Shown here: positions 38,401 to 52,800 of the stretch, piece by piece
Numbering within the stretch: position 1 is the first letter of the stretch
Layout of the letters: each line of letters starts with the position of its first letter
Assembly: GCF_009914755.1 (NCBI RefSeq)
Contig: NC_060931.1
Direction: 5' to 3' (one strand)
Source of the DNA: the human T2T-CHM13v2.0 reference genome, Homo sapiens
Length of the DNA: 64,000 nt
Made by a program: the position numbers and the translations under genes
The notes under the pieces: generated by a model
Databases searched by the model: none
What the model was told of the DNA's origin: nothing
Seen by the model: the letters and a program-made list of their open reading frames with translations, nothing else

Positions 38401-41400
38401 TCATGCTAGACTAAGAAGAGTTCTCAGTAACTTTTTTGTGTTGTGTGTATTCAACTCACAGAGTTGAACCTTGCTTTAGAGAGAGCAGATTTGAAACACT
38501 CTTGCTGTGGCATTTTCAGGTGGAGATTTCAAGCGATTTGAGGACAATTGCAGAAAAGGAAATATCTTCGTATAATAACCAGACAGAATCATTCTCAGAA
38601 AGTGCTTTGTGATGTGTGCGTTCAACTCACAGAGTTTAACCTTTCTTTTCATAGAGGAGTTTGGAAACACACTGTTTGTAAAGTCTGCAAGTGGATACAT
38701 GGACCTGTTTGAGGCCTTCGTTGGAAACGGGATTTCTTCATTGAATGCTAGACGGAAGAATTCTCAGTAAATTCTTTGTGTTGTGTGCATTCAACTCACA
38801 GAGTGGAACGTCCCTTTAGACAGAGCAGATTTGAAACTCTCTTTTTGCGGAATTTGCAAGTGGAGATTTCTAGCCATTTGATGCCAACAGTAGAAAGGGA
38901 AATATCTTCAAATAAAAACCAGACAGAATCATTCTCAGAAAATTCTTTGTGATGTGTGCGTTCAACTCACATAGTTTAACCTTTCTTTTCATAGAGCAGT
39001 TTGGAAACACTCTGTTTGTAAAGTCTGCAAGTGGATATATGGACCGCATTGAGGCCTTCGTTGGAAACGGGATTTCTTCATTTCATGCTAGACAGAAGAA
39101 TTCTCAGTAACTTCTTTGTGCTGTGTGTATTCAACTCACAGAGTGGAACGTCCCTTTACACAGAGCAGATTTGAAACACTCTTTTTGTGGAGTTTGCAAG
39201 TGGAGATTTCAAGCGATTTGATGCCAACAGTAGAAAAGGAAATATCTTCAAATAAAAACTAGACAGAATCATTCTCAGAAACTACTTTGTGATGTGTGAC
39301 TTCAACTCACAGAGTTTAACCTTTCTTTTCTTAGAGCAGTTTAGAAACACTCTGCTTGTTATGTCTGCAAGTGGATATTTGGACCTCTTTGAGGCCTTCG
39401 TTGCAAACGGGGTTTCTTCCTTTCATGCTAGACTAAGAAGAGTTCTCAGTAACTTTTTTGTGTTGTGTGTATTCAACTCACAGAGTTGAACCTTGCTTTA
39501 GAGAGAGCAGATTTGAAACACTCTTGCTGTGGCATTTTCAGGTGGAGATTTCAAGCGATTTGAGGACAATTGCAGAAAAGGAAATATCTTCGTATAATAA
39601 CCAGACAGAATCATTCTCAGAAAGTGCTTTGTGATGTGTGCGTTCAACTCACAGAGTTTAACCTTTCTTTTCATAGAGGAGTTTGGAAACACACTGTTTG
39701 TAAAGTCTGCAAGTGGATATATGGACCTGTTTCAGGCCTTCGTTGGAAACGGGATTTCTTCATTGAATGCTAGACGGAAGAATTCTCAGTAAATTCTTTG
39801 TGTTGTGTGCATTCAACTCACAGAGTGGAACGTCCCTTTAGACAGAGCAGATTTGAAACACTCTTTTTGCGGAATTTGCAAGTGGAGATTTCTAGCCATT
39901 TGATGCCAACAGTAGAAAGGGAAATATCTTCAAATAAAAACCAGACAGAATCATTCTCAGAAAATTCTTTGTGATGTGTGCGTTCAACTCACATAGTTTA
40001 ACCTTTCTTTTCATAGAGCAGTTTGGAAACACTCTGTTTGTAAAGTCTGCAAGTGGATATATGGACCGCATTGAGGCCTTCGTTGGAAACGGGATTTCTT
40101 CATTTCATGCTAGACAGAAGAATTCTCAGTAACTTCTTTGTGCTGTGTGTATTCAACTCACAGAGTGGAACGTCCCTTTGCACAGAGCAGATTTGAAACA
40201 CTCTTTTTGTGGAGTTTGCAAGTGGAGATTTCAAGCGATTTGATGCCAACAGTAGAAAAGGAAATATCTTCAAATAAAAACTAGACAGAATCATTCTCAG
40301 AAACTACTTTGTGATGTGTGCCTTCAACTCACAGAGTTCAACCTTTCTTTTCTTAGAGCAGTTTAGAAACACTCTGCTTGTTATGTCTGCAAGTGGATAT
40401 TTGGACCTCTTTGAGGCCTTCGTTGCAAACGGGGTTTCTTCCTTTCATGCTAGACTAAGAAGAGTTCTCAGTAACTTTTTTGTGTTGTGTGTATTCAACT
40501 CACAGAGTTGAACCTTGCTTTAGAGAGAGCAGATTTGAAACACTCTTGCTGTGGAATTTTCAGGTGGAGATTTCAAGCGATTTGAGGACAATTGCAGAAA
40601 AGGAAATATCTTCGTATAATAACCAGACAGAATCATTCTCAGAAAGTGCTTTGTGATGTGTGCGTTCAACTCACAGAGTTTAACCTTTCTTTTCATAGAG
40701 GAGTTTGGAAACACACTGTTTGTAAAGTCTGCAATTGGATATATGGACCTGTTTGAGGCCTTCGTTGGAAACGGGATTTCTTCATTGAATGCTAGACGGA
40801 AGAATTCTCAGTAAATTCTTTGTGTTGTGTGCATTCAACTCACAGAGTGGAACGTCCCTTTAGACAGAGTAGATTTGAAACACTCTTTTTGCGGAATTTG
40901 CAAGTGGAGATTTCTAGCCATTTGATGCCAACAGTAGAAAGGGAAATATCTTCAAATAAAAACCAGACAGAATCATTCTCAGAAAATTCTTTGTGATGTG
41001 TGCGTTCAACTCACATAGTTTAACCTTTCTTTTCATAGAGCAGTTTGGAAACACTCTGTTTGTAAAGTCTGCAAGTGGATATATGGACCGCATTGAGGCC
41101 TTCGTTGGAAACGGGATTTCTTCATTTCATGCTAGACAGAAGAATTCTCAGTAACTTCTTTGTGCTGTGTGTATTCAACTCACAGAGTGGAACATCCCTT
41201 TGCACAGAGCAGATTTGAAACACTCTTTTTGTGGAGTTTGCAAGTGGAGATTTCAAGCGATTAGATGCCAACAGTAGAAAAGGAAATATCTTCAAATAAA
41301 AACTAGACAGAATCATTCTCAGAAACTACTTTGTGATGTGTGCCTTCAACTCACAGAGTTTAACCTTTCTTTTCTTAGAGCAGTTTAGAAACACTCTGCT

Positions 41401-42799
41401 TGTTATGTCTGCAAGTGGATATTTGGACCTCTTTGAGGCCTTCGTTGCAAACGGGGTTTCTTCCTTTCATACTAGACTAAGAAGAGTTCTCAGTAACTTT
41501 TTTGTGTTGTGTGTATTCAACTCACAGAGTTGAAACTTGCTTTAGAGAGAGCAGATTTGAAACACTCTTGCTGTGGCATTTTCAGGTGGAGATTTCAAGC
41601 GATTTGAGGACAATTGCAGAAAAGGAAATATCTTCGTATAATAACCAGACAGAATCATTCTCAAAAAGTGCTTTGTGATGTGTGCGTTCAACTCACAGAG
41701 TTTAACCTTTCTTTTCATAGAGGAGCTTGGAAACACCCTGTTTGTAAAGTCTGCAAGTGGATATATGGACCTGTTTGAGGCCTTCGTTGGAAACGGGATT
41801 TCTTCATTGAATGCTAGACGGAAGAATTCTCAGTAAATTCTTTGTGTTGTGTGCATTCAACTCACAGAGTGGAACGTCCCTTTAGACAGAGCAGATTTGA
41901 AACACTCTTTTTGCGGAATTTGCAAGTGGAGATTTCTAGCCATTTGATGCCAACAGTAGAAAGGGAAATATCTTCAAATAAAAACCAGACAGAATCATTC
42001 TCAGAAAATTCTTTGTGATGTGTGCGTTCAACTCACATAGTTTAACCTTTCTTTTCATAGAGCAGTTTGGAAACACTCTGTTTGTAAAGTCTGCAAGTGG
42101 ATATATGGACCGCATTGAGGCCTTCGTTGGAAACGGGATTTCTTCATTTCATGCTAGACAGAAGAATTCTCAGTAACTTCTTTGTGCTGTGTGTATTCAA
42201 CTCACAGAGTGGAACGTCCCTTTGCACAGAGCAGATTTGAAACACTCTTTTTGTGGAGTTTGCAAGTGGAGATTTCAAGCGATTTGATGCCAACAGTAGA
42301 AAAGGAAATATCTTCAAATAAAAACTAGACAGAATCATTCTCAGAAACTACTTTGTGATGTGTGCCTTCAACTCACAGAGTTTAACCTTTCTTTTCTTAG
42401 AGCAGTTTAGAAACACTCTGCTTGTTATGTCTGCAAGTGGATATTTGGACCTCTTTGAGGCCTTCGTTGCAAACGGGGTTTCTTCCTTTCATGCTAGACT
42501 AAGAAGAGTTCTCAGTAACTTTTTTGTGTTGTGTGTATTCAACTCACAGAGTTGAACCTTGCTTTAGAGAGAGCAGATTTGAAACACTCTTGCTGTGGAA
42601 TTTTCAGGTGGAGATTTCAAGCGATTTGAGGACAATTGCAGAAAAGGAAATATCTTCGTATAATAACCAGACAGAATCATTCTCAGAAAGTGCTTTGTGA
42701 TGTGTGCGTTCAACTCACAGAGTTTAACCTTTCTTTTCATAGAGGAGTTTGGAAACACACTGTTTGTAAAGTCTGCAATTGGATATACGGACCTGTTTG

Positions 42800-45700
42800 A
42801 GGCCTTCGTTGGAAACGGGATTTCTTCATTGAATGCTAGACGGAAGAATTCTCAGTAAATTCTTTGTGTTGTGTGCATTCAACTCACAGAGTGGAACGTC
42901 CCTTTAGACAGAGCAGATTTGAAACACTCTTTTTGCGGAATTTGCAAGTGGAGATTTCTAGCCATTTGATGCCAACAGTAGAAAGGGAAATATCTTCAAA
43001 TAAAAACCAGACAGAATCATTCTCAGAAAATTCTTTGTGATGTGTGCGTTCAGCTCACATAGTTTAACCTTTCTTTTCATAGAGCAGTTTGGAAACACTC
43101 TGTTTGTAAAGTCTGCAAGTGGATATATGGACCGCATTGAGGCCTTCGTTGGAAACGGGATTTCTTCATTTCATGCTAGACAGAAGAATTCTCAGTAACT
43201 TCTTTGTGCTGTGTGTATTCAACTCACAGAGTGGAACGTCCCTTTGCACAGAGCAGATTTGAAACACTCTTTTTGTGGAGTTTGCAAGTGGAGATTTCAA
43301 GCGATTTGATGCCAACAGTAGGAAAGGAAATATCTTCAAATAAAAACTAGACAGAATCATTCTCAGAAACTACTTTGTGATGTGTGCCTTCAACTCACAG
43401 AGTTTAACCTTTCTTTTCTTAGAGCAGCTTAGAAACACTCTGCTTGTTATGTCTGCAAGTGGATATTTGGACCTCTTTGAGGCCTTCGTTGCAAACAGGG
43501 TTTCTTCCTTTAATGCTAGACTAAGAAGAGTTCTCAGTAACTTTTTTGTGTTGTGTGTATTCAACTCACAGAGTTGAACCTTGCTTTAGAGAGAGCAGAT
43601 TTGAAACACTCTTGCTGTGGTATTTTCAGGTGGAGATTTCAAGCGATTTGAGGACAATTGCAGAAAAGGAAATATCTTCGTATAATAACCAGACAGAATC
43701 ATTCTCAGAAAGTGCTTTGTGATGTGTGCGTTCAACTCACAGAGTTTAACCTTTCTTTTCATAGAGGAGTTTGGAAACACACTGTTTGTAAAGTCTGCAA
43801 TTGGATATATGGACCTGTTTGAGGCCTTCGTTGGAAACGGGATTTCTTCATTGAATGCTAGACGGAAGGAATCTCAGTAAATTCTTTGTGTTGTGTGCAT
43901 TCAACTCACAGAGTGGAACGTCCCTTTAGACAGAGCAGATTTGAAACACTCTTTTTGCGGAATTTGCAAGTGGAGATTTCTAGCCATTTGATGCCAACAG
44001 TAGAAAGGGAAATATCTTCAAATAAAAACCAGACAGAATCATTCTCAGAAAATTCTTTGTGATGTGTGCGTTCAACTCACATAGTTTAACCTTTCTTTTC
44101 ATAGAGCAGTTTGGAAACACTCTGTTTGTAAAGTCTGCAAGTGGATATATGGACCGCATTGAGGCCTTCGTTGGAAACGGGATTTCTTCATTTCATGCTA
44201 GACAGAAGAATTCTCAGTAACTTCTTTGTGCTGTGTGTATTCAACTCACAGAGTGGAACGTCCCTTTGCACAGAGCAGATTTGAAACACTCTTTTTGTGG
44301 AGTTTGCAAGTGGAGATTTCAAGCGATTTGATGCCAACAGTAGAAAAGGAAATATCTTCAAATAAAAACTAGACAGAATCATTCTCAGAAACTACTTTGT
44401 GATGTGTGCCTTCAACTCACAGAGTTTAACCTTTCTTTTCTTAGAGCAGTTTAGAAACACTCTGCTTGTTATGTCTGCAAGTGGATATTTGGACCTCTTT
44501 GAGGCCTTCGTTGCAAACGGGGTTTCTTCCTTTCATGCTAGACTAAGAAGAGTTCTCAGTAACTTTTTTGTGTTGTGTGTATTCAACTCACAGAGTTGAA
44601 CCTTGCTTTAGAGAGAGCAGATTTGAAACACTCTTGCTGTGGCATTTTCAGGTGGAGATTTCAAGCGATTTGAGGACAATTGCAGAAAAGGAAATATCTT
44701 CGTATAATAACCAGACAGAATCATTCTCAGAAAGTGCTTTGTGATGTGTGCGTTCAACTCACAGAGTTTAACCTTTCTTTTCATAGAGGAGTTTGGAAAC
44801 ACACTGTTTGTAAAGTCTGCAAGTGGATACATGGACCTGTTTGAGGACTTCGTTGGAAACGGGATTTCTTCATTGAATGCTAGACGGAAGAATTCTCAGT
44901 AAATTCTTTGTGTTGTGTGCATTCAACTCACAGAGTGGAACGTCCCTTTAGACAGAGCAGATTTGAAACTCTCTTTTTGCGGAATTTGCAAGTGGAGATT
45001 TCTAGCCATTTGATGCCAACAGTAGAAAGGGAAATATCTTCAAATAAAAACCAGACAGAATCATTCTCAGAAAATTCTTTGTGATGTGTGCGTTCAACTC
45101 ACATAGTTTAACCTTTCTTTTCATAGAGCAGTTTGGAAACACTCTGTTTGTAAAGTCTGCAAGTGGATATATGGACCGCATTGAGGCCTTCGTTGGAAAC
45201 GGGATTTCTTCATTTCATGCTAGACAGAAGAATTCTCAGTAACTTCTTTGTGCTGTGTGTATTCAACTCACAGAGTGGAACGTCCCTTTACACAGAGCAG
45301 ATTTGAAACACTCTTTTTGTGGAGTTTGCAAGTGGAGATTTCAAGCGATTTGATGCCAACAGTAGAAAAGGAAATATCTTCAAATAAAAACTAGACAGAA
45401 TCATTCTCAGAAACTACTTTGTGATGTGTGCCTTCAACTCACAGAGTTTAACCTTTCTTTTCTTAGAGCAGTTTAGAAACACTCTGCTTGTTATGTCTGC
45501 AAGTGGATATTTGGACCTCTTTGAGGCCTTCGTTGCAAACGGGGTTTCTTCCTTTAATGCTAGACTAAGAAGAGTTCTCAGTAACTTTTTTGTGTTGTGT
45601 GTATTCAACTCACAGAGTTGAACCTTGCTTTAGAGAGAGCAGATTTGAAACACTCTTGCTGTGGCATTTTCAGGTGGAGATTTCAAGCGATTTGAGGACA

Positions 45701-46830
45701 ATTGCAGAAAAGGAAATATCTTCGTATAATAACCAGACAGAATCATTCTCAGAAAGTGCTTTGTGATGTGTGCGTTCAACTCACAGAGTTTAACCTTTCT
45801 TTTCATAGAGGAGTTTGGAAACACACTGTTTGTAAAGTCTGCAAGTGGATATATGGACCTGTTTCAGGCCTTCGTTGGAAACGGGATTTCTTCATTGAAT
45901 GCTAGACGGAAGAATTCTCAGTAAATTCTTTGTGTTGTGTGCATTCAACTCACAGAGTGGAACGTCCCTTTAGACAGAGCAGATTTGAAACACTCTTTTT
46001 GCGGAATTTGCAAGTGGAGATTTCTAGCCATTTGATGCCAACAGTAGAAAGGGAAATATCTTCAAATAAAAACCAGACAGAATCATTCTCAGAAAATTCT
46101 TTGTGATGTGTGCGTTCAACTCACATAGTTTAACCTTTCTTTTCATAGAGCAGTTTGGAAACACTCTGTTTGTAAAGTCTGCAAGTGGATATATGGACCG
46201 CATTGAGGCCTTCGTTGGAAACGGGATTTCTTCATTTCATGCTAGACAGAAGAATTCTCAGTAACTTCTTTGTGCTGTGTGTATTCAACTCACAGAGTGG
46301 AACGTCCCTTTGCACAGAGCAGATTTGAAACACTCTTTTTGTGGAGTTTGCAAGTGGAGATTTCAAGCGATTTGATGCCAACAGTAGAAAAGGAAATATC
46401 TTCAAATAAAAACTAGACAGAATCATTCTCAGAAACTACTTTGTGATGTGTGCCTTCAACTCACAGAGTTCAACCTTTCTTTTCTTAGAGCAGTTTAGAA
46501 ACACTCTGCTTGTTATGTCTGCAAGTGGATATTTGGACCTCTTTGAGGCCTTCGTTGCAAACGGGGTTTCTTCCTTTCATGCTAGACTAAGAAGAGTTCT
46601 CAGTAACTTTTTTGTGTTGTGTGTATTCAACTCACAGAGTTGAACCTTGCTTTAGAGAGAGCAGATTTGAAACACTCTTGCTGTGGAATTTTCAGGTGGA
46701 GATTTCAAGCGATTTGAGGACAATTGCAGAAAAGGAAATATCTTCGTATAATAACCAGACAGAATCATTCTCAGAAAGTGCTTTGTGATGTGTGCGTTCA
46801 ACTCACAGAGTTTAACCTTTCTTTTCATAG
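42800..46830 (+). repeat. Duplicate of ~36670-40700 (offset 6132 bp = 6 HORs)
   Basis: Shared rare variants: cagctcac, agtaggaa, aaacaggg, gtggtatt, ggaaggaatc, ggatacat, gaaactctc, tttcagg, gagttcaacc. Confidence 0.87.
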
Positions 46831-49800
46831 AGGAGCTTGGAAACACACTGTTGGTAAAGTCTGCAATTGGATATATGGACCTGTTTGAGGCTTCCGTTGG
46901 AAACGGGATTTCTTCATTGAATGCTAGACGGAAGAATTCTCAGTAAATTCTTTGTGTTGTGTGCATTCAACTCACAGAGTGGAACGTCCCTTTAGACAGA
47001 GCAGATTTGAAACACTCTTTTTGCGGAATTTGCAAGTGGAGATTTCTAGCCATTTGATGCCAACAGTAGAAAGGGAAATATCTTCAAATAAAAACCAGAC
47101 AGAATCATTCTCAGAAAATTCTTTGTGATGTGTGCGTTCAACTCACATAGTTTAACCTTTCTTTTCATAGAGCAGTTTGGAAACACTCTGTTTGTAAAGT
47201 CTGCAAGTGGATATATGGACCGCATTGAGGCCTTCGTTGGAAACGGGATTTCTTCATTTCATGCTAGACAGAAGAATTCTCAGTAACTTCTTTGTGCTGT
47301 GTGTATTCAACTCACAGAGTGGAACGTCCCTTTGCACAGAGCAGATTTGAAACACTCTTTTTGTGGAGTTTGCAAGTGGAGATTTCAAGCGATTTGATGC
47401 CAACAGTAGAAAAGGAAATATCTTCAAATAAAAACTAGACAGAATCATTCTCAGAAACTACTTTGTGATGTGTGCCTTCAACTCACAGAGTTTAACCTTT
47501 CTTTTCTTAGAGCAGTTTAGAAACACTCTGCTTGTTATGTCTGCAAGTGGATATTTGGACCTCTTTGAGGCCTTCGTTGCAAACGGGGTTTCTTCCTTTA
47601 ATGCTAGACTAAGAAGAGTTCTCAGTAACTTTTTTGTGTTGTGTGTATTCAACTCACAGAGTTGAACCTTGCTTTAGAGAGAGCAGATTTGAAACACTCT
47701 TGCTGTGGAATTTTCAGGTGGAGATTTCAAGCGATTTGAGGACAATTGCAGAAAAGGAAATATCTTCGTATAAAAACCAGACAGAATCATTCTCAGAAAG
47801 TGCTTTGTGATGTGTGCGTTCAACTCACAGAGTTTAACCTTTCTTTTCATAGAGGAGTTTGGAAACACACTGTTTGTAAAGTCTGCAAGTGGATATATGG
47901 ACCTGTTTGAGGCCTTCGTTGGAAACGGGATTTCTTCATTGAATGCTAGACGGAAGAATTCTCAGTAAATTCTTTGTGTTGTGTGCATTGAACTCACAGA
48001 GTGGAACGTCCCTTTAGACAGAGCAGATTTGAAACACTCTTTTTGCGGAATTTGCAAGTGGAGATTTCTAGCCATTTGATGCCAACAGTAGAAAGGGAAA
48101 TATCTTCAAATAAAAACCAGACAGAATCATTCTCAGAAAATTCTTTGGAATGTGTGCGTTCAACTCACATAGTTTAACCTTTCTTTTCATAGAGCAGTTT
48201 GGAAACACTGTGTTTGTAAAGTCTGCAAGTGGATATATGGACCGCATTGAGGCCTTCGTTGGAAACGGGATTTCTTCATTTCATGCTAGACAGAAGAATT
48301 CTCAGTAACTTCTTTGTGCTGTGTGTATTCAACTCACAGAGTGGAACGTCCCTTTGCACAGAGCAGATTTGAAACACTCTTTTTGTGGAGTTTGCAAGTG
48401 GAGATTTCAAGCGATTTGATGCCAACAGTAGAAAAGGAAATATCTTCAAATAAAAACTAGACAGAATCATTCTCAGAAACTACTTTGTGATGTGTGCCTT
48501 CAACTCACAGAGTTTAACCTTTCTTTTCTTAGAGCAGTTTAGAAACACTCTGCTTGTTATGTCTGCAAGTGGATATTTGGACCTCTTTGAGGCCTTCGTT
48601 GCAAACGGGGTTTCTTCCTTTAATGCTAGACTAAGAAGAGTTCTCAGTAACTTTTTTGTGTTGTGTGTATTCAACTCACAGTGTTGAACCTTGCTTTAGA
48701 GAGAGCAGATTTGAAACACTCTTGCTGTGGAATTTTCAGGTGGAGATTTCAAGCGATTTGAGGACAATGGCAGAAAAGGAAATATCTTCGTATAATAACC
48801 AGACAGAATCATTCTCAGAAAGTGCTTTGTGATGTGTGCGTTCAACTCACAGAATTTAACCTTTCTTTTCATAGAGGAGCTTGGAAACACACTGTAAAGT
48901 CTGCAATTGGATATATGGACCTGTTTGAGGCCTCCGTTGGAAACGGGATTTCTTCATTGAATGCTAGACGGAAGAATTCTCAGTAAATTCTTTGTGTTGT
49001 GTGCATTGAACTCACAGAGTGGAACGTCCCTTTAGACAGAGCAGATTTGAAACACTCTTTTTGCGGAATTTGCAAGTGGAGATTTCTAGCCATTTGATGT
49101 CAACAGTAGAAAGGGAAATATCTTCAAATAAAAACCAGACAGAATCATTCTCAGAAAATTCTTTGTGATGTGTGCTTTCAACTCACATAGTTTAACCTTT
49201 CTTTTCATAGAGCAGTTTGGAAACACTCTGTTTGTAAAGTCTGCAAGTGGATATATGGACCGCATTGAGGCCTTCGTTGGAAACGGGATTTCTTCATTTC
49301 ATGCTAGACAGAAGAATTCTCAGTAACTTCTTTGTGCTGTGTGTATTCAACTCACAGAGTGGAACGTCCCTTTACACAGAGCAGATTTGAAACACTCTTT
49401 TTGTGGAGTTTACAAGTGGAGATTTCAAGCGATTTGAGGCCAACAGTAGAAAAGGAAATATCTTCAAATAAAAACTAGACAGAATCATTCTCAGAAACTA
49501 CTTTGTGATGTGTGCCTTCAACTCACAGAGTTTAACCTTTCTTTTCTTAGAGCAGTTTAGAAACACTCTGCTTGTTATGTCTGCAAGTGGATATTTGGAC
49601 CTCTTTGAGGCCTTCGTTGCAAACGGGGTTTCTTCCTTTAATGCTAGACTAAGAAGAGTTCTCAGTAACTTTTTTGTGTTGTGTGTATTCAACTCACAGA
49701 GTTGAACCTTGCTTTAGAGAGAGCAGATTTGAAACACTCTTGCTGTGGCATTTTCAGGTGGAGATTTCAAGCGATTTGAGGACAATTGCAGAAAAGGAAA

Positions 49801-52800
49801 TATCTTCGTATAATAACCAGACAGAATCATTCTCAGAAAGTGCTTTGTGATGTGTGCGTTCAACTCACAGAGTTTAACCTTTCTTTTCATAGAGGAGTTT
49901 GGAAACACACTGTTTGTAAAGTCTGCAAGTGGATATATGGACCTGTTTGAGGCCTTCGTTGGAAACGGGATTTCTTCATTGAATGCTAGACGGAAGAATT
50001 CTCAGTAAATTCTTTGTGTTGTGTGCATTCAACTCACAGAGTGGAACGTCCCTTTAGACAGAGCAGATTTGAAACACTCTTTTTGCGGAATTTGCAAGTG
50101 GAGATTTCTAGCCATTTGATGCCAACAGTAGAAAGGGAAATATCTTCAAATAAAAACCAGACAGAATCATTCTCAGAAAATTCTTTGTGATGTGTGCGTT
50201 CAACTCACATAGTTTAACCTTTCTTTTCATAGAGCAGTTTGGAAACACTCTGTTTGTAAAGTCTGCAAGTGGATATATGGACCGCATTGAGGCCTTCGTT
50301 GGAAACGGGATTTCTTCATTTCATGCTAGACAGAAGAATTCTCAGTAACTTCTTTGTGCTGTGTGTATTCAACTCACAGAGTGGAACGTCCCTTTACACA
50401 GAGCAGATTTGAAACACTCTTTTTGTGGAGTTTGCAAGTGGAGATTTCAAGCGATTTGATGCCAACAGTAGAAAAGGAAATATCTTCAAATAAAAACTAG
50501 ACAGAATCATTCTCAGAAACTACTTTGTGATGTGTGCCTTCAACTCACAGAGTTTAACCTTTCTTTTCTTAGAGCAGTTTAGAAACACTCTGCTTGTTAT
50601 GTCTGCAAGTGGATATTTGGACCTCTTTGAGGCCTTCGTTGCAAACGGGGTTTCTTCCTTTAATGCTAGACTAAGAAGAGTTCTCAGTAACTTTTTTGAG
50701 TTGTGTGTATTCAACTCACAGAGTTGAACCTTGCTTTAGAGAGAGCAGATTTGAAACACTCTCGCTGTGGCATTTTCAGGTGGAGATTTCAAACGATTTG
50801 AGGACAATTGCAGAAAAGGAAATACCTTCGTATAATAACCAGACAGAATCATTCTCAGAAAGTGCTTTGTGATGTGTGCGTTCAACTCACAGAGTTTAAC
50901 CTTTCTTTTCATAGAGGAGTTTGGAAACACACTGTTTGTAAAGTCTGCAAGTGGATATATGGACCTGTTTGAGGCCTTCGTTGGAAACGGGATTTCTTCA
51001 TTGAATGCTAGACGGAAGAATTCTCAGTAAATTCTTTGTGTTGTGTGCATTCAACTCACAGAGTGGAACGTCCCTTTAGAAAGAGCAGATTTGAAACACT
51101 CTTTTTGCGGAATTTGCAAGTGGAGATTTCTAGCCATTTGATGCCAACAGTAGAAAGGGAAATATCTTCAAATAAAAACCAGACAGAATCATTCTCAGAA
51201 AATTCTTTGTGATGTGTGCGTTCAACTCACATAGTTTAACCTTTCTTTTCATAGAGCAGTTTGGAAACACTCTGTTTGTAAAGTCTGCAAGTGGATATAT
51301 GGACCGCATTGAGGCCTTCATTGGAAACGGGATTTCTTCATTTCATGCTAGACAGAAGAATTCTCAGTAACTTCTTTGTGCTGTGTGTATTCAACTCACA
51401 GAGTGCAACGTCCCTTTACACAGAGCAGATTTGAAACACTCTTTTTGTGGAGTTTGCAAGTGGAGATTTCAAGCGATTTTATGCCAACAGTAGAAAAGGA
51501 AATATCTTCAAATAAAAACTAGACAGAATCATTCTCAGAAACTACTTTGTGATGTGTGCCTTCAACTCACAGAGTTTAACCTTTCTTTTCTTAGAGCAGC
51601 TTAGAAACACTCTGCTTGTTATGTCTGCAAGTGGATATTTGGACCTCTTTGAGGCCTTCGTTGCAAACGGGGTTTCTTCCTTTAATGCTAGACTAAGAAG
51701 AGTTCTCAGTAACTTTTTTGTGTTGTGTTTATTCAACTCACAGAGTTGAACCTTGCTTTAGAGAGAGCAGATTTGAAACACTCTCGCTGTGGCATTTTCA
51801 GGTGGAGATTTCAAACGATTTGAGGACAATTGCAGAAAAGGAAATATCTTCGTATAATAACCAGACAGAATCATTCTCAGAAAGTGCTTTGTGATGTGTG
51901 CGTTCAACTCACAGAGTTTAACCTTTCTTTTCATAGAGGAGTTTGGAAACACACTGTTTGTAAAGTCTGCAATTGGATATATGGACCTGTTTGAGGCCTT
52001 CGTTGGAAACGGGATTTTATCATATAATGATAGACGGAAGAATTCTCAGTAAATTCTTTGTGTTGTATGCATTCAACTCACAGAGTGGAACGTCCCTTTA
52101 GACAGAGCAGATTTGAAACACTCTTTTTGCGGAATTTGCAAGTGGAGATTTCTAGCCATTTGATGCCAACAGTAGAAAGGGAAATATCTTCAAATAAAAA
52201 CCAGACAGAATCATTCTCAGAAAATTCTTTGTGATGTGTGCGTTCAACTCACATAGTTTAACCTTTCTTTTCATAGAGCAGTTTGGAAACACTCTGTTTG
52301 TAAAGTCTGCAAGTGGATATATGGACCGCATTGAGGCCTTCGTTGGAAACGGGATTTCTTCATTTCATGCTAGACAGAAGAATTCTCAGTAACTTCTTTG
52401 TGCTGTGTGTATTCAACTCACAGAGTGGAACGTCCCTTTACACAGAGCAGATTTGAAACACTCTTTTTGTGGAGTTTGCAAGTGGAGATTTCAAGCGATT
52501 TGATGCCAACAGTAGAAAAGGAAATATCTTCTAATAAAAACTAGACAGAATCATTCTCAGAAACTACTTTGTGATGTGTGCCTTCAACTCACAGAGTTTA
52601 ACCTTTCTTTTCTTAGAGCAGTTTAGAAACACTCTGCTTGTTATGTCTGCAAGTGGATATTTGGACCTCTTTGAGGCCTTCGTTGCAAACGGGGTTTCTT
52701 CCTTTAATGCTAGACTAAGAAGAGTTCTCAGTAACTTTTTTGTGTTGTGTGTATTCAACTCACAGAGTTGAACCTTGCTTTAGAGAGAGCAGATTAGAAA

